Source of the DNA: Gammaproteobacteria bacterium
Lineage (GTDB): Bacteria > Pseudomonadota > Gammaproteobacteria > Ga0077536
Direction of reading: 5' to 3'
NCBI GenBank assembly: GCA_016209015.1
Contig: JACQWY010000011.1
Location: 40,922 to 104,921, forward strand
Length of the DNA: 64,000 bases
The notes under the pieces: generated by a model
What the model saw: the letters and a program-made list of their open reading frames with translations, nothing else
What the model was told of the DNA's origin: nothing
Databases searched by the model: none
Program-made: the position numbers and the translations under genes
In this document: piece by piece, positions 56,957 through 64,000 of the stretch
How positions within the stretch are numbered: the first letter of the stretch is position 1
How the letters are laid out: the number at the start of each line of letters is the position of its first letter

Positions 56957-58356
56957 GCGCGTCCCTCGAGCGAGCCGTAGCTGTCGTGAGCGAGGTTCTC
57001 GAAGCGCGTGTACTCGCCGAAGAAGCGCAGCTTGCGCACGCCGATCGGTCCGTTGCGCTGCTTGCCGATGATGATTTCCGCGATGCCCTTGTCGGTGCTG
57101 TCCTCGTTGTAGACCTCGTCGCGGTAGATGAACATGATCACATCCGCGTCCTGCTCGATCGCGCCCGACTCGCGGAGATCGGACATCACGGGCCGCTTGT
57201 CGCCGCGCTGCTCGAGACTGCGGTTGAGCTGCGAGAGTGCGATCACCGGGACATTCAACTCCTTGGCAAGCGCCTTCAGCGAGCGGGAGATCTCCGAGAT
57301 TTCCGTCGCCCGGTTCTCGCTCGTGCCGTGCACGTGCATGAGCTGCAGGTAGTCGATCACGACCATGCCGAGGCCGTGCTCGCGGGCGAGGCGTCGACAG
57401 CGCGCCCGCAGATCGCCCGGCGTCAGCGCCGGCGTGTCGTCGATGTAGAGCTTCACTTCCGAGAGATGGCCGACGGCGTGCGTCAGGCGCGGCCAGTCGT
57501 CGTCGCCGAGCTTGCCAGTGCGCAGCTTGTGCTGATCGATGCGGCCGAGCGAGGACAGGAGACGCATCGCGAGCTGCTCGCTCGGCATTTCCATGCTGAA
57601 GATCGCGACCGGCGTGTCGGCGTGCAACGCCGCATTCTGCGCGAGATTCAGCGCGAATGCGGTCTTGCCCATCGAGGGACGACCGGCAACGATGACGAGA
57701 TCGGAAGGCTGCAGCCCCGAGGTCATGTCGTCGAGCTCGGCGTAGCCCGTCGGCACGCCCGTGATCGGGCTGTCGCGCTGGTGGAGCTGATCGATGCGAT
57801 CGAGCGCGGCGACGAGCAGTTGCTTGATCGGCTGGAAGCCCTTGCGGCCGCGCGATTCGCGCTCGGCGATCTGGAAGACGACGCGCTCGGCATCGTCGAG
57901 GAGCTCGAGCGCGGATCGCCCCTCGGTACGGAACGCGCTCTCCGCGATGTCGGTGCCGGCGCGGATGAGGCTGCGGAGCACCGCACGCTCGCGCACGATG
58001 TCGGCGTAAGCGCCGATGTTCGCGGCGGTCGGCGTATTGTCGGCGAGCTGGGCGAGATATTGCAGACCGCCTGCCGCGGCGAGCTGCCCGTTCATCTCGA
58101 GCCATTCGGCGAGCGTGACGATGTCGTAGGGCTTGCCGGCATTCGCGAGCGCTTCGACGCCGCGGAAGATCGAGGCGTGATCGCGGCGATAGAAATCCTG
58201 ATCGGTGAGCTTCTCCGAGATCTGCAGCCAGGCCTCGTTGTCGAGCATGAGCCCGCCGAGCACGGACTGCTCGGCCTCGACGGAATGCGGCGGAACGCGC
58301 AGCCCCTCGGTCGCGCGATCCGGCGACGGGCTGCGGAAAGGATTCTCCGCGGCCAT
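56953..58356 (-). CDS. dnaB: Replicative DNA helicase
   Basis: PPHSVEAEQSVLG, AGRPSMGKT, IDYLQLM, LSQLNR, SDLRESGAIEQDAD. Confidence 0.98.
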   Translation of the reverse strand: MAAENPFRSPSPDRATEGLRVPPHSVEAEQSVLGGLMLDNEAWLQISEKLTDQDFYRRDHASIFRGVEALANAGKPYDIVTLAEWLEMNGQLAAAGGLQYLAQLADNTPTAANIGAYADIVRERAVLRSLIRAGTDIAESAFRTEGRSALELLDDAERVVFQIAERESRGRKGFQPIKQLLVAALDRIDQLHQRDSPITGVPTGYAELDDMTSGLQPSDLVIVAGRPSMGKTAFALNLAQNAALHADTPVAIFSMEMPSEQLAMRLLSSLGRIDQHKLRTGKLGDDDWPRLTHAVGHLSEVKLYIDDTPALTPGDLRARCRRLAREHGLGMVVIDYLQLMHVHGTSENRATEISEISRSLKALAKELNVPVIALSQLNRSLEQRGDKRPVMSDLRESGAIEQDADVIMFIYRDEVYNEDSTDKGIAEIIIGKQRNGPIGVRKLRFFGEYTRFENLAHDSYGSLEGRA

Positions 58357-58422
58357 CAGCGGCGCTGACGGACGACAGCGCGGCAGGCGCGCACCGGACG
58401 GTGCGTGCCGCCGGTCACTGCC

Positions 58423-58908
58423 TTATTCCTCGTCCGCGGCAGCGGGCGGGGCGGCCGGCGCGTCCTCCGAGACGACCACGACCGTGACGGTCGCGTTGAC
58501 GTCGGCATGCAGGTGCACGTCCACGCTGTGCCGGCCGAGCATGCGGATCGGGCCGTTCGCGAGGCGCACTTCGCGCTTCTCGACCGTCTGACCGAGCGCG
58601 GCGAGCGCGTCCGCGATCTCGCCCGTGCCGACCGAGCCGTAGAGCCGGCCTTCGGCGCCGGACTTCGCGGCGATCGTCACCTCGAGATCGGCGAGCTGCG
58701 CGGCGCGCGCTTCAGCGGCCGACAGCACGTCCTGGTGGGCTTTCTCCAGATCGGCGCGCTGTGCCTCGAACTTCGCGATGTTGTCCGCCGTCGCGGGTAC
58801 CGCCTTCTTCAGCGGGATGAGGTAATTGCGACCGAACCCCGAACGCACGCGCACCTTGTCGCCGAGCTTGCCGAGATTGTGGATCTTTTCGAGCAGGATC
58901 ACTTCCAT
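58423..58908 (-). CDS. rplI: 50S ribosomal protein L9
   Basis: [32 protein letters not shown]. Confidence 0.97.
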   Translation of the reverse strand: MEVILLEKIHNLGKLGDKVRVRSGFGRNYLIPLKKAVPATADNIAKFEAQRADLEKAHQDVLSAAEARAAQLADLEVTIAAKSGAEGRLYGSVGTGEIADALAALGQTVEKREVRLANGPIRMLGRHSVDVHLHADVNATVTVVVVSEDAPAAPPAAADEE

Positions 58909-58956
58909 CGTCGTTTCCTTCAGTCAAAACCTGTGCGGGTGGCCCTGCGCCAGCCG

Positions 58957-59877
58957 CTATTCATGGCCCGGCTGCCGTCCGCGCGGCGGTCCGAGCTTGC
59001 GAAAATCCGCGAGCATGTCGGCGATGCCGACGATTGCCAGTACCGCGCCGGTGAGCAGCGTGGCGAGTGCCAGCAGCACATACAGCATGCCCAGCCAGGC
59101 CGCCCGCCACCTCAGAGCGTAAGCCCGCGCATGCGTCACCGCGAGGCCCTGGAAGGCGAACATCGACACCAGCAGCAGGACGCCGTCGTTCGCGAGTCCG
59201 GCATAGCTGCCCCGCGCCATCTGCAGCATCGCCGCTATCGCGACGAGCGCGGCGACCGGTGACACCGCCCGCGGCAGCCGCAGCGCGTGAAATTCGCCGC
59301 GGAAGCCACCCGGGTTGTACAAAGCCGCCTGCCACCACCGCGCCGTCAACAGCGTACCGGCGAGCAGCGCCATCACCATCACAATCGCCGATTCGTGCAT
59401 CACGCCCGCGAACACCGCGAGCTGCTGCTCGTCGAACAGCGTACCGCCCTGCGCCTTCAGATGCGCGTTCACCGCATCGAGCTGGCCGCGCCAATACGCG
59501 ACGACATCCGGATGCGTCGCGCGCATCGCGACCGCGTAGCAGGCCACGGCACAGGCATTCACGCCGATCGCGCGTCCCTGGTCCGCGGTCCGGCGCAGCA
59601 CGATTGCGCCACACCACACCCCGGCCCAGTAGATCGGCAGCGTCAGCGCCGGTCCGAGGCTCATGGCCTGGGTGAGCTTCACCCAGACGCTCAACACCGC
59701 GGCCGGCAGCAGCACCAGGAGACCCGGTACCGCGCCGTGGCGCAGCGTCGCCAGCGCTCCGATCGCCCCGCTCACGAGCAGGAACGGCGGGAACACCGAG
59801 GCCATGAGCGCGAAGCCCGCCGCATAGAGTCGCGCGGCCCAGGGGCTGCGCATCGCGGCGGCGGCTAGCGAACGCAT
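58957..59877 (-). CDS. DUF2232/YybS-like membrane protein
   Basis: Multi-TM; ARWWQAALYNPGGFRGEFHALRL; conserved position between rpsR and rplI. Confidence 0.85.
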   Translation of the reverse strand: MRSLAAAAMRSPWAARLYAAGFALMASVFPPFLLVSGAIGALATLRHGAVPGLLVLLPAAVLSVWVKLTQAMSLGPALTLPIYWAGVWCGAIVLRRTADQGRAIGVNACAVACYAVAMRATHPDVVAYWRGQLDAVNAHLKAQGGTLFDEQQLAVFAGVMHESAIVMVMALLAGTLLTARWWQAALYNPGGFRGEFHALRLPRAVSPVAALVAIAAMLQMARGSYAGLANDGVLLLVSMFAFQGLAVTHARAYALRWRAAWLGMLYVLLALATLLTGAVLAIVGIADMLADFRKLGPPRGRQPGHE

Positions 59878-59962
59878 CGCCCGGCCTCCTCTCTCGTCTC
59901 AGACTGGCGCCGTTCGCGGCCGCGCCAGGGCTTGCCGCCGGCCGTTCCGGCCGGACGCACGA

Positions 59963-60199
59963 TCAATGCGAATCGCAGAAAGGCAGGAGCGCGAGGAAGC
60001 GCGCCCGCTTGACCGCCGTCGAGAGCTGGCGCTGGTAGCGCGCCTTCGTGCCGGAAATCCGGCTCGGGACGATCTTGCCGTTCTCGGAAATGTAGGCCTT
60101 GAGCGTGTTGAGATCCTTGTAGTCGATTTCCTCGACGCCTTCGGCCGTGAACTTGCAATAACGGCGGCGGCGGAAATGCCGGGGGGAGCTGCTGCGCAT
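59963..60199 (-). CDS. rpsR: 30S ribosomal protein S18
   Basis: IDYKD...[34 protein letters not shown]. Confidence 0.97.
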   Translation of the reverse strand: MRSSSPRHFRRRRYCKFTAEGVEEIDYKDLNTLKAYISENGKIVPSRISGTKARYQRQLSTAVKRARFLALLPFCDSH

Positions 60200-60205
60200 C
60201 GGGTC

Positions 60206-60637
60206 TTACTCCGCGTTTGCGGCCTCGGCGGCCGGCTCGATGGATTCGGATTTGTCGGCGGCGGCCTGCGCGGCGGCATTGCGCGCGCGGCGCTCGCCTT
60301 CACGCTCTTCCTGCTCGTCCTTGGCCTTGGCCATGATGGACGGCTCGACGACCGCCTTGTCGCGGCTGATGACGAGGTGACGGAGCACGGCGTCGTTGAA
60401 GCGGAACGCGCTCGTCAGCTCGGTCAGCACCGGCGCGTTGCACTCGATGTTCATGAGCACGTAGTGCGCCTTGTGGACCTTGTTGATGGGATAGGCGAGC
60501 TGGCGACGGCCCCAGTCTTCGAGGCGGTGGATCGCGCCGCCGCCGGTTTCGATCATCGAGCGGTAGCGCTCGACCATCGCGTTGACTTGTTCGCTCTGGT
60601 CAGGATGGACCAGAAACACGACTTCGTAGTGTCTCAA
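60206..60637 (-). CDS. rpsF: 30S ribosomal protein S6
   Basis: [39 protein letters not shown]; TTG 60637 with GGGAG RBS. Confidence 0.97.
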   Translation of the reverse strand: MRHYEVVFLVHPDQSEQVNAMVERYRSMIETGGGAIHRLEDWGRRQLAYPINKVHKAHYVLMNIECNAPVLTELTSAFRFNDAVLRHLVISRDKAVVEPSIMAKAKDEQEEREGERRARNAAAQAAADKSESIEPAAEAANAE

Positions 60638-60643
60638 GTGGTA

Positions 60644-60690
60644 TCTCCCCACGGTTTAAGCTTCCCGACGTCGCGGTGAAGCAAGGAGTG
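60644..60690 (-). promoter_or_regulatory. Probable S6:S18 autoregulatory leader RNA
   Basis: Minus strand CTCCTTGCTTC...GAAGCTTAAACCGTGGGGAG: anti-SD stem, inner stem and CCG motif immediately before the rpsF RBS. Confidence 0.5.
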
Positions 60691-60765
60691 ATGATTTGGG
60701 TCCCTGGAAGGGAGGCGTATTCTAGGCGCCCCCGCCCGCCCTGTAAAGGAAGGGAATTCCGGGGC

Positions 60766-61518
60766 TTACGCCCCCCGCCCCGCGAGCTGGCGGCGGGCTT
60801 CGAAGAGGCAGACCGCGGCCGCCGTCGAGAGGTTCAGGCTCGCCACGCGGCCATGCATCGGGATGCTGACGAGGCCGTCGCAGTGCTCGCGGGTCAGGCG
60901 CCGGAGGCCCCGGCCTTCGCCCCCGAACACGAGCGCGAGCGGCCTGGCGAGGTCGGCCGTATACAGGGTGTCCGGCGCGTCGTGGCTCGCGCCGACGACC
61001 CAGAGCCCCGCTTTCTTCACGTCCTCGAGCGCCCGCGCGAGGTTCGTCACGGCGACGAGCGGCACGGAATCGACCGCCCCGCTCGCGACTTTCGCGACCG
61101 TCGGGCTCAGGCTCGCGCTGCGGTCGCGGGTAACGATGACGGCCCGGGCCCCGGCACCGTCCGCGACGCGCAGACATGCGCCGAGATTGTGCGGGTCCTG
61201 GATCTGGTCGAGCACGAGCACGAGCGGGTTCGCGGCCGGGTCGAGCGTCGCGAGCAGATCGGGCAGCTCCTGTCCCGCCGGCAGGCGCCGGCGCAGCAGC
61301 ACGCCCTGGTGCAGGGCATTCCCGGACAGGCGATCGAGCGTCGCCCGGTTCACGCGCTGCGGCTTCACTCCCGCGCCGCGCGCGAGCGCGACGAGGCCGT
61401 CCGCCTCTTCGTCCTGGAGGTCGTCGCGCACCCACAGTTCGAGCGCATCGCCCGGCGCGAGCCGGAGCGCGGCCTCGACGGTGTGCAGCCCCCACACCAG
61501 GATCGGTTTCGCGGACAT
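60766..61518 (-). CDS. rlmB: 23S rRNA (Gm2251) 2'-O-methyltransferase
   Basis: G-HTVEAAL, LDQIQDPHNLGAC-R, GGEGRGLRRLT, SLNLS SPOUT motifs; ATG 61518. Confidence 0.95.
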   Translation of the reverse strand: MSAKPILVWGLHTVEAALRLAPGDALELWVRDDLQDEEADGLVALARGAGVKPQRVNRATLDRLSGNALHQGVLLRRRLPAGQELPDLLATLDPAANPLVLVLDQIQDPHNLGACLRVADGAGARAVIVTRDRSASLSPTVAKVASGAVDSVPLVAVTNLARALEDVKKAGLWVVGASHDAPDTLYTADLARPLALVFGGEGRGLRRLTREHCDGLVSIPMHGRVASLNLSTAAAVCLFEARRQLAGRGA

Positions 61519-61520
61519 GC

Positions 61521-63710
61521 TCAGCGCCGCGACTTGCGGCGGGGCGCACCTGCCGCGGTCTCGGCGAGGACGTAGTCGATCTGCCGATCGTCGAGACTCA
61601 CACGCGCGACGCGCACGGTGAGCTTCTGGCCGACCCGGTACTCGCGCTTCGAGCTCCGGCCGCGCAGGCGATGGCCGATGGCGTCGAACTGGTAGTAGTC
61701 CTCCGGCAGCGCGGTGACGTGAACGAGCCCTTCGACGAACAACTCGTCGAGCTGCACGAAGAGCCCGAACGAGGTCACGCTGCTGACGATGCCGGGGAAG
61801 GATGCGCCGACCTTGTCGAGCATGTATTCGCATTTCAGCCAGGACACCGCGTCGCGCGTCGCCTCGTCCGCGCGTCGTTCCGTGTGCGAGCAGTGCTCGC
61901 CGAGCGCCACGCCCTCCGCCGCTTCGTCCTCGCGCTTCGGCACGCGCGCGATCTGGGCCTTGATCGCGCGATGCACGACGAGATCGGGATAGCGCCGGAT
62001 GGGCGAAGTGAAATGCGCGTAAGCCGCGAGCGCGAGCCCGAAGTGACCGACGTTCTCGGGGCTGTAGACGGCGAGCTTGAGACTCCGCAGCAGCACGGTC
62101 TCGATGAGATGGCGATCGGGACGATCCGCGGCCTGCTTCAGCACTTCCGCGAAGTGGATCGCCACCGGCCGCTCGCCGCCGCCGAGGTGCATGCCGAGCT
62201 CGCCGAGGAACTGCCTGAGCGCCTCGACGCGCTGCGCATCCGGGCCGTCGTGAATGCGGAAGAGGCCGGGCCGGCGGTGCTTGATCAGGAATTCCGCGGC
62301 CGCGACGTTCGCCGCGACCATGCACTCCTCGATGAGCCGGTGCGCGTCGTTGCGCGTCTGCTGCTCGATGCGCTCGATCTTGCGCTCGGCGTTGAAGACG
62401 AAGCGCGGCTCGACGGTGTCGATGTCGAGTGCGCCGCGCTCGTCGCGCCGCGTGCGAAGCTGCTGGTAGAGGCCGTAGAGCGCCATGACGTGGGCGCGGA
62501 TCGAGCCGCGCGGCGACTCTTCCGGATTCGCGATCCAGCCGCCGACCTCGGCATAGGTGAGCCGCGCGTGCGAACGGATCACGGCGTCGTAGAAGCGCGC
62601 GCGCTTCGTGTTGCCCTCCGCATCGAAGCCGAGCTCGCAGACGAGCGCGAGCCTGTCGACTTCGGGATTGAGGGAGCAGATGCCGTTCGAGAGCACCTCG
62701 GGCAGCATCGGGATGACGCGGTCGGGGAAGTACACGGAGGTGCCGCGCTCGCGCGCCGCGGCGTCGAGCACCGTGCCCGGCCGGACGTAGTGCGCGACGT
62801 CCGCGATCGCGACGTAGAGCGTCGCGCCTTCGCGGCCCGGCTTGCAGTACACCGCGTCGTCGAAATCGCGCGCGTCGACGCCGTCGATGGTCACGAACGG
62901 CAGATCGCGCAGATCCTTCCGGCCTTCGATCGCGGATTCGACGACCTGCGAGGGGACTTTCGCGAGCTCGGGCTCGAGATCCTCCGGCCACTGCACGGGC
63001 AGCCCGTGGGTGCGGATCGCGATGTCGACTTCCATGCCCGGCGCCATGTGATCGCCGAGCACTTCGACGACGCGGCCGAGCGGCTGGTAGCGCGCGTCGG
63101 GCTGCTGCTCGATGCGCGCGATGACGATCTGGCCCGATTCCGCGCCGGTCTCGAGACCGTTCGCGATCAGGATGTCCTGATTGATATTGCGATTGTCGGG
63201 GACGACGAACCCGACGCCGCCCTCGCGGAAGTAGCGTCCGACGACCTCGGTGTTCGCGCGCTCCAGCACCTCGACCACGTTGCCGTAGGGCCGCTGGCGG
63301 TCGTCGACGCCGGCAATGCGCACGAGCACGCGATCGCCGTGCAGCACGCGCCGTGCCTCACGATGCGCGACGTAGACGTCGTCGCCGCCCTGGTCGGGAC
63401 GCACGAACGCGAAGCCATCCGGATGGCCGAGCACGCGGCCGGGAATGAGCTCCATGCGCTCGGTGAGGCCGAAGCGATTGCTGCGCGTCTCGATGAGCTG
63501 GCCGTCGCGGACCATGGCATAGAGGCGGCGCGTGAGCCCGTTCAGGGCCTCGCCGCCGTCGACCTCGAGGCCGCGGGCAATGGCTTTGATGGCGCACGGC
63601 GCGCCTTCGGCCTCCAGGTATTTCAGGATCGCTTCGCGGGAAGGGATTTCGACGGCGTACTCGGGGGTTGCGCGCGTTGTGTCGTAGTGTCTCTGGTTGC
63701 GTCGCCTCAT
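61521..63710 (-). CDS. rnr: Ribonuclease R
   Basis: GHPDGFAFV, TIDGVDARDFDDAV, IADVAHYV, AHFTSPIRRYPDL, S1 domain; ATG 63710 (the ORF-track extension crosses the tRNA). Confidence 0.97.
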   Translation of the reverse strand: MRRRNQRHYDTTRATPEYAVEIPSREAILKYLEAEGAPCAIKAIARGLEVDGGEALNGLTRRLYAMVRDGQLIETRSNRFGLTERMELIPGRVLGHPDGFAFVRPDQGGDDVYVAHREARRVLHGDRVLVRIAGVDDRQRPYGNVVEVLERANTEVVGRYFREGGVGFVVPDNRNINQDILIANGLETGAESGQIVIARIEQQPDARYQPLGRVVEVLGDHMAPGMEVDIAIRTHGLPVQWPEDLEPELAKVPSQVVESAIEGRKDLRDLPFVTIDGVDARDFDDAVYCKPGREGATLYVAIADVAHYVRPGTVLDAAARERGTSVYFPDRVIPMLPEVLSNGICSLNPEVDRLALVCELGFDAEGNTKRARFYDAVIRSHARLTYAEVGGWIANPEESPRGSIRAHVMALYGLYQQLRTRRDERGALDIDTVEPRFVFNAERKIERIEQQTRNDAHRLIEECMVAANVAAAEFLIKHRRPGLFRIHDGPDAQRVEALRQFLGELGMHLGGGERPVAIHFAEVLKQAADRPDRHLIETVLLRSLKLAVYSPENVGHFGLALAAYAHFTSPIRRYPDLVVHRAIKAQIARVPKREDEAAEGVALGEHCSHTERRADEATRDAVSWLKCEYMLDKVGASFPGIVSSVTSFGLFVQLDELFVEGLVHVTALPEDYYQFDAIGHRLRGRSSKREYRVGQKLTVRVARVSLDDRQIDYVLAETAAGAPRRKSRR

Positions 63711-63750
63711 TGACTCGCTCAGGTGGGTTCGGTAGATTTCGCGTCCCGCT

Positions 63751-63835
63751 GCCGAGATGGCGGAATTGGTAGACGCGCTGGTTTCAGGTACCAGTGGAGA
63801 GATCCGTGGAGGTTCGAGTCCTCTTCTCGGCACCA
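63751..63835 (+). tRNA. tRNA-Leu (CAG)
   Basis: GCCGAGA...TCTCGGC-A-CCA acceptor stem, D-loop GGCGGAATTGGTAGACGC, anticodon arm CTGGT-TTCAGGT-ACCAG, long variable arm, GGTTCGAGTCC T-loop; 85 nt. Confidence 0.97.
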
Positions 63836-64000
63836 AGCTGAAGACCGTATCGTCCCACAGCGGACGCACGATAGGAAGCGCACCGACCGCGACCGGAGCC
63901 GCTCCGACACGCGACTGGCCCGCGCCGCAGGCGGAGTAAGCCGTTCGCATCATGATTCCGATGTCCGTCGTCCGGACTTCGCCACGCGCTCCGGCGCGAC

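Noticed and set aside
60200-60206. Absence of priB between rpsF and rpsR
   Set aside because: Common in non-enteric Gammaproteobacteria; not unusual
63711-63953. N-terminal extension of rnr and small ORFs 63719..63910, 63757..63939
   Set aside because: They overlap the tRNA-Leu gene; RNase R homology begins after ATG 63710

Overview
High-GC bacterial chromosome segment; the gene order (rnr-rlmB-rpsF-rpsR-DUF2232-rplI-dnaB-alr-radA-PilZ, ypjD-yfjD, ubiG-gph/mupP) points to a Gammaproteobacterium. The housekeeping backbone (leuCD, ubiG, sdhCDAB with assembly factors, ygfZ, dsbB, maeB, ffh, ribosomal/replication genes, tRNA-Leu) carries two accessory two-partner-secretion (TPS, type Vb) loci, both on the minus strand. 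Locus 1 (~2.8-28 kb) is PPIase-tpsB-giant 4056-aa tpsA with RTX-like repeats-sapC. It is transcribed divergently from a four-gene signalling module: adenylate cyclase-FHA, PP2C phosphatase, a 1623-aa membrane Ser/Thr kinase with an FGE-like domain, and a second FGE-like membrane protein. No T6SS structural genes are present in the window. Locus 2 (~41.8-51.7 kb) is glycosyltransferase-tpsB-tpsA-FecR-domain protein-sapC-sulfotransferase, lying between ffh and ypjD, which are adjacent in E. coli. The strongest candidate for an undescribed system is a SapC-associated TPS adhesin class with dedicated glycosylation/sulfation enzymes, a possible Cys-Cys tether to a FecR-like partner, and phospho-Thr/cAMP control. 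A 152-bp IS5-type MITE with a 4-bp target duplication sits at the radA stop codon. All calls are from motif recognition by eye; no database searches were run.
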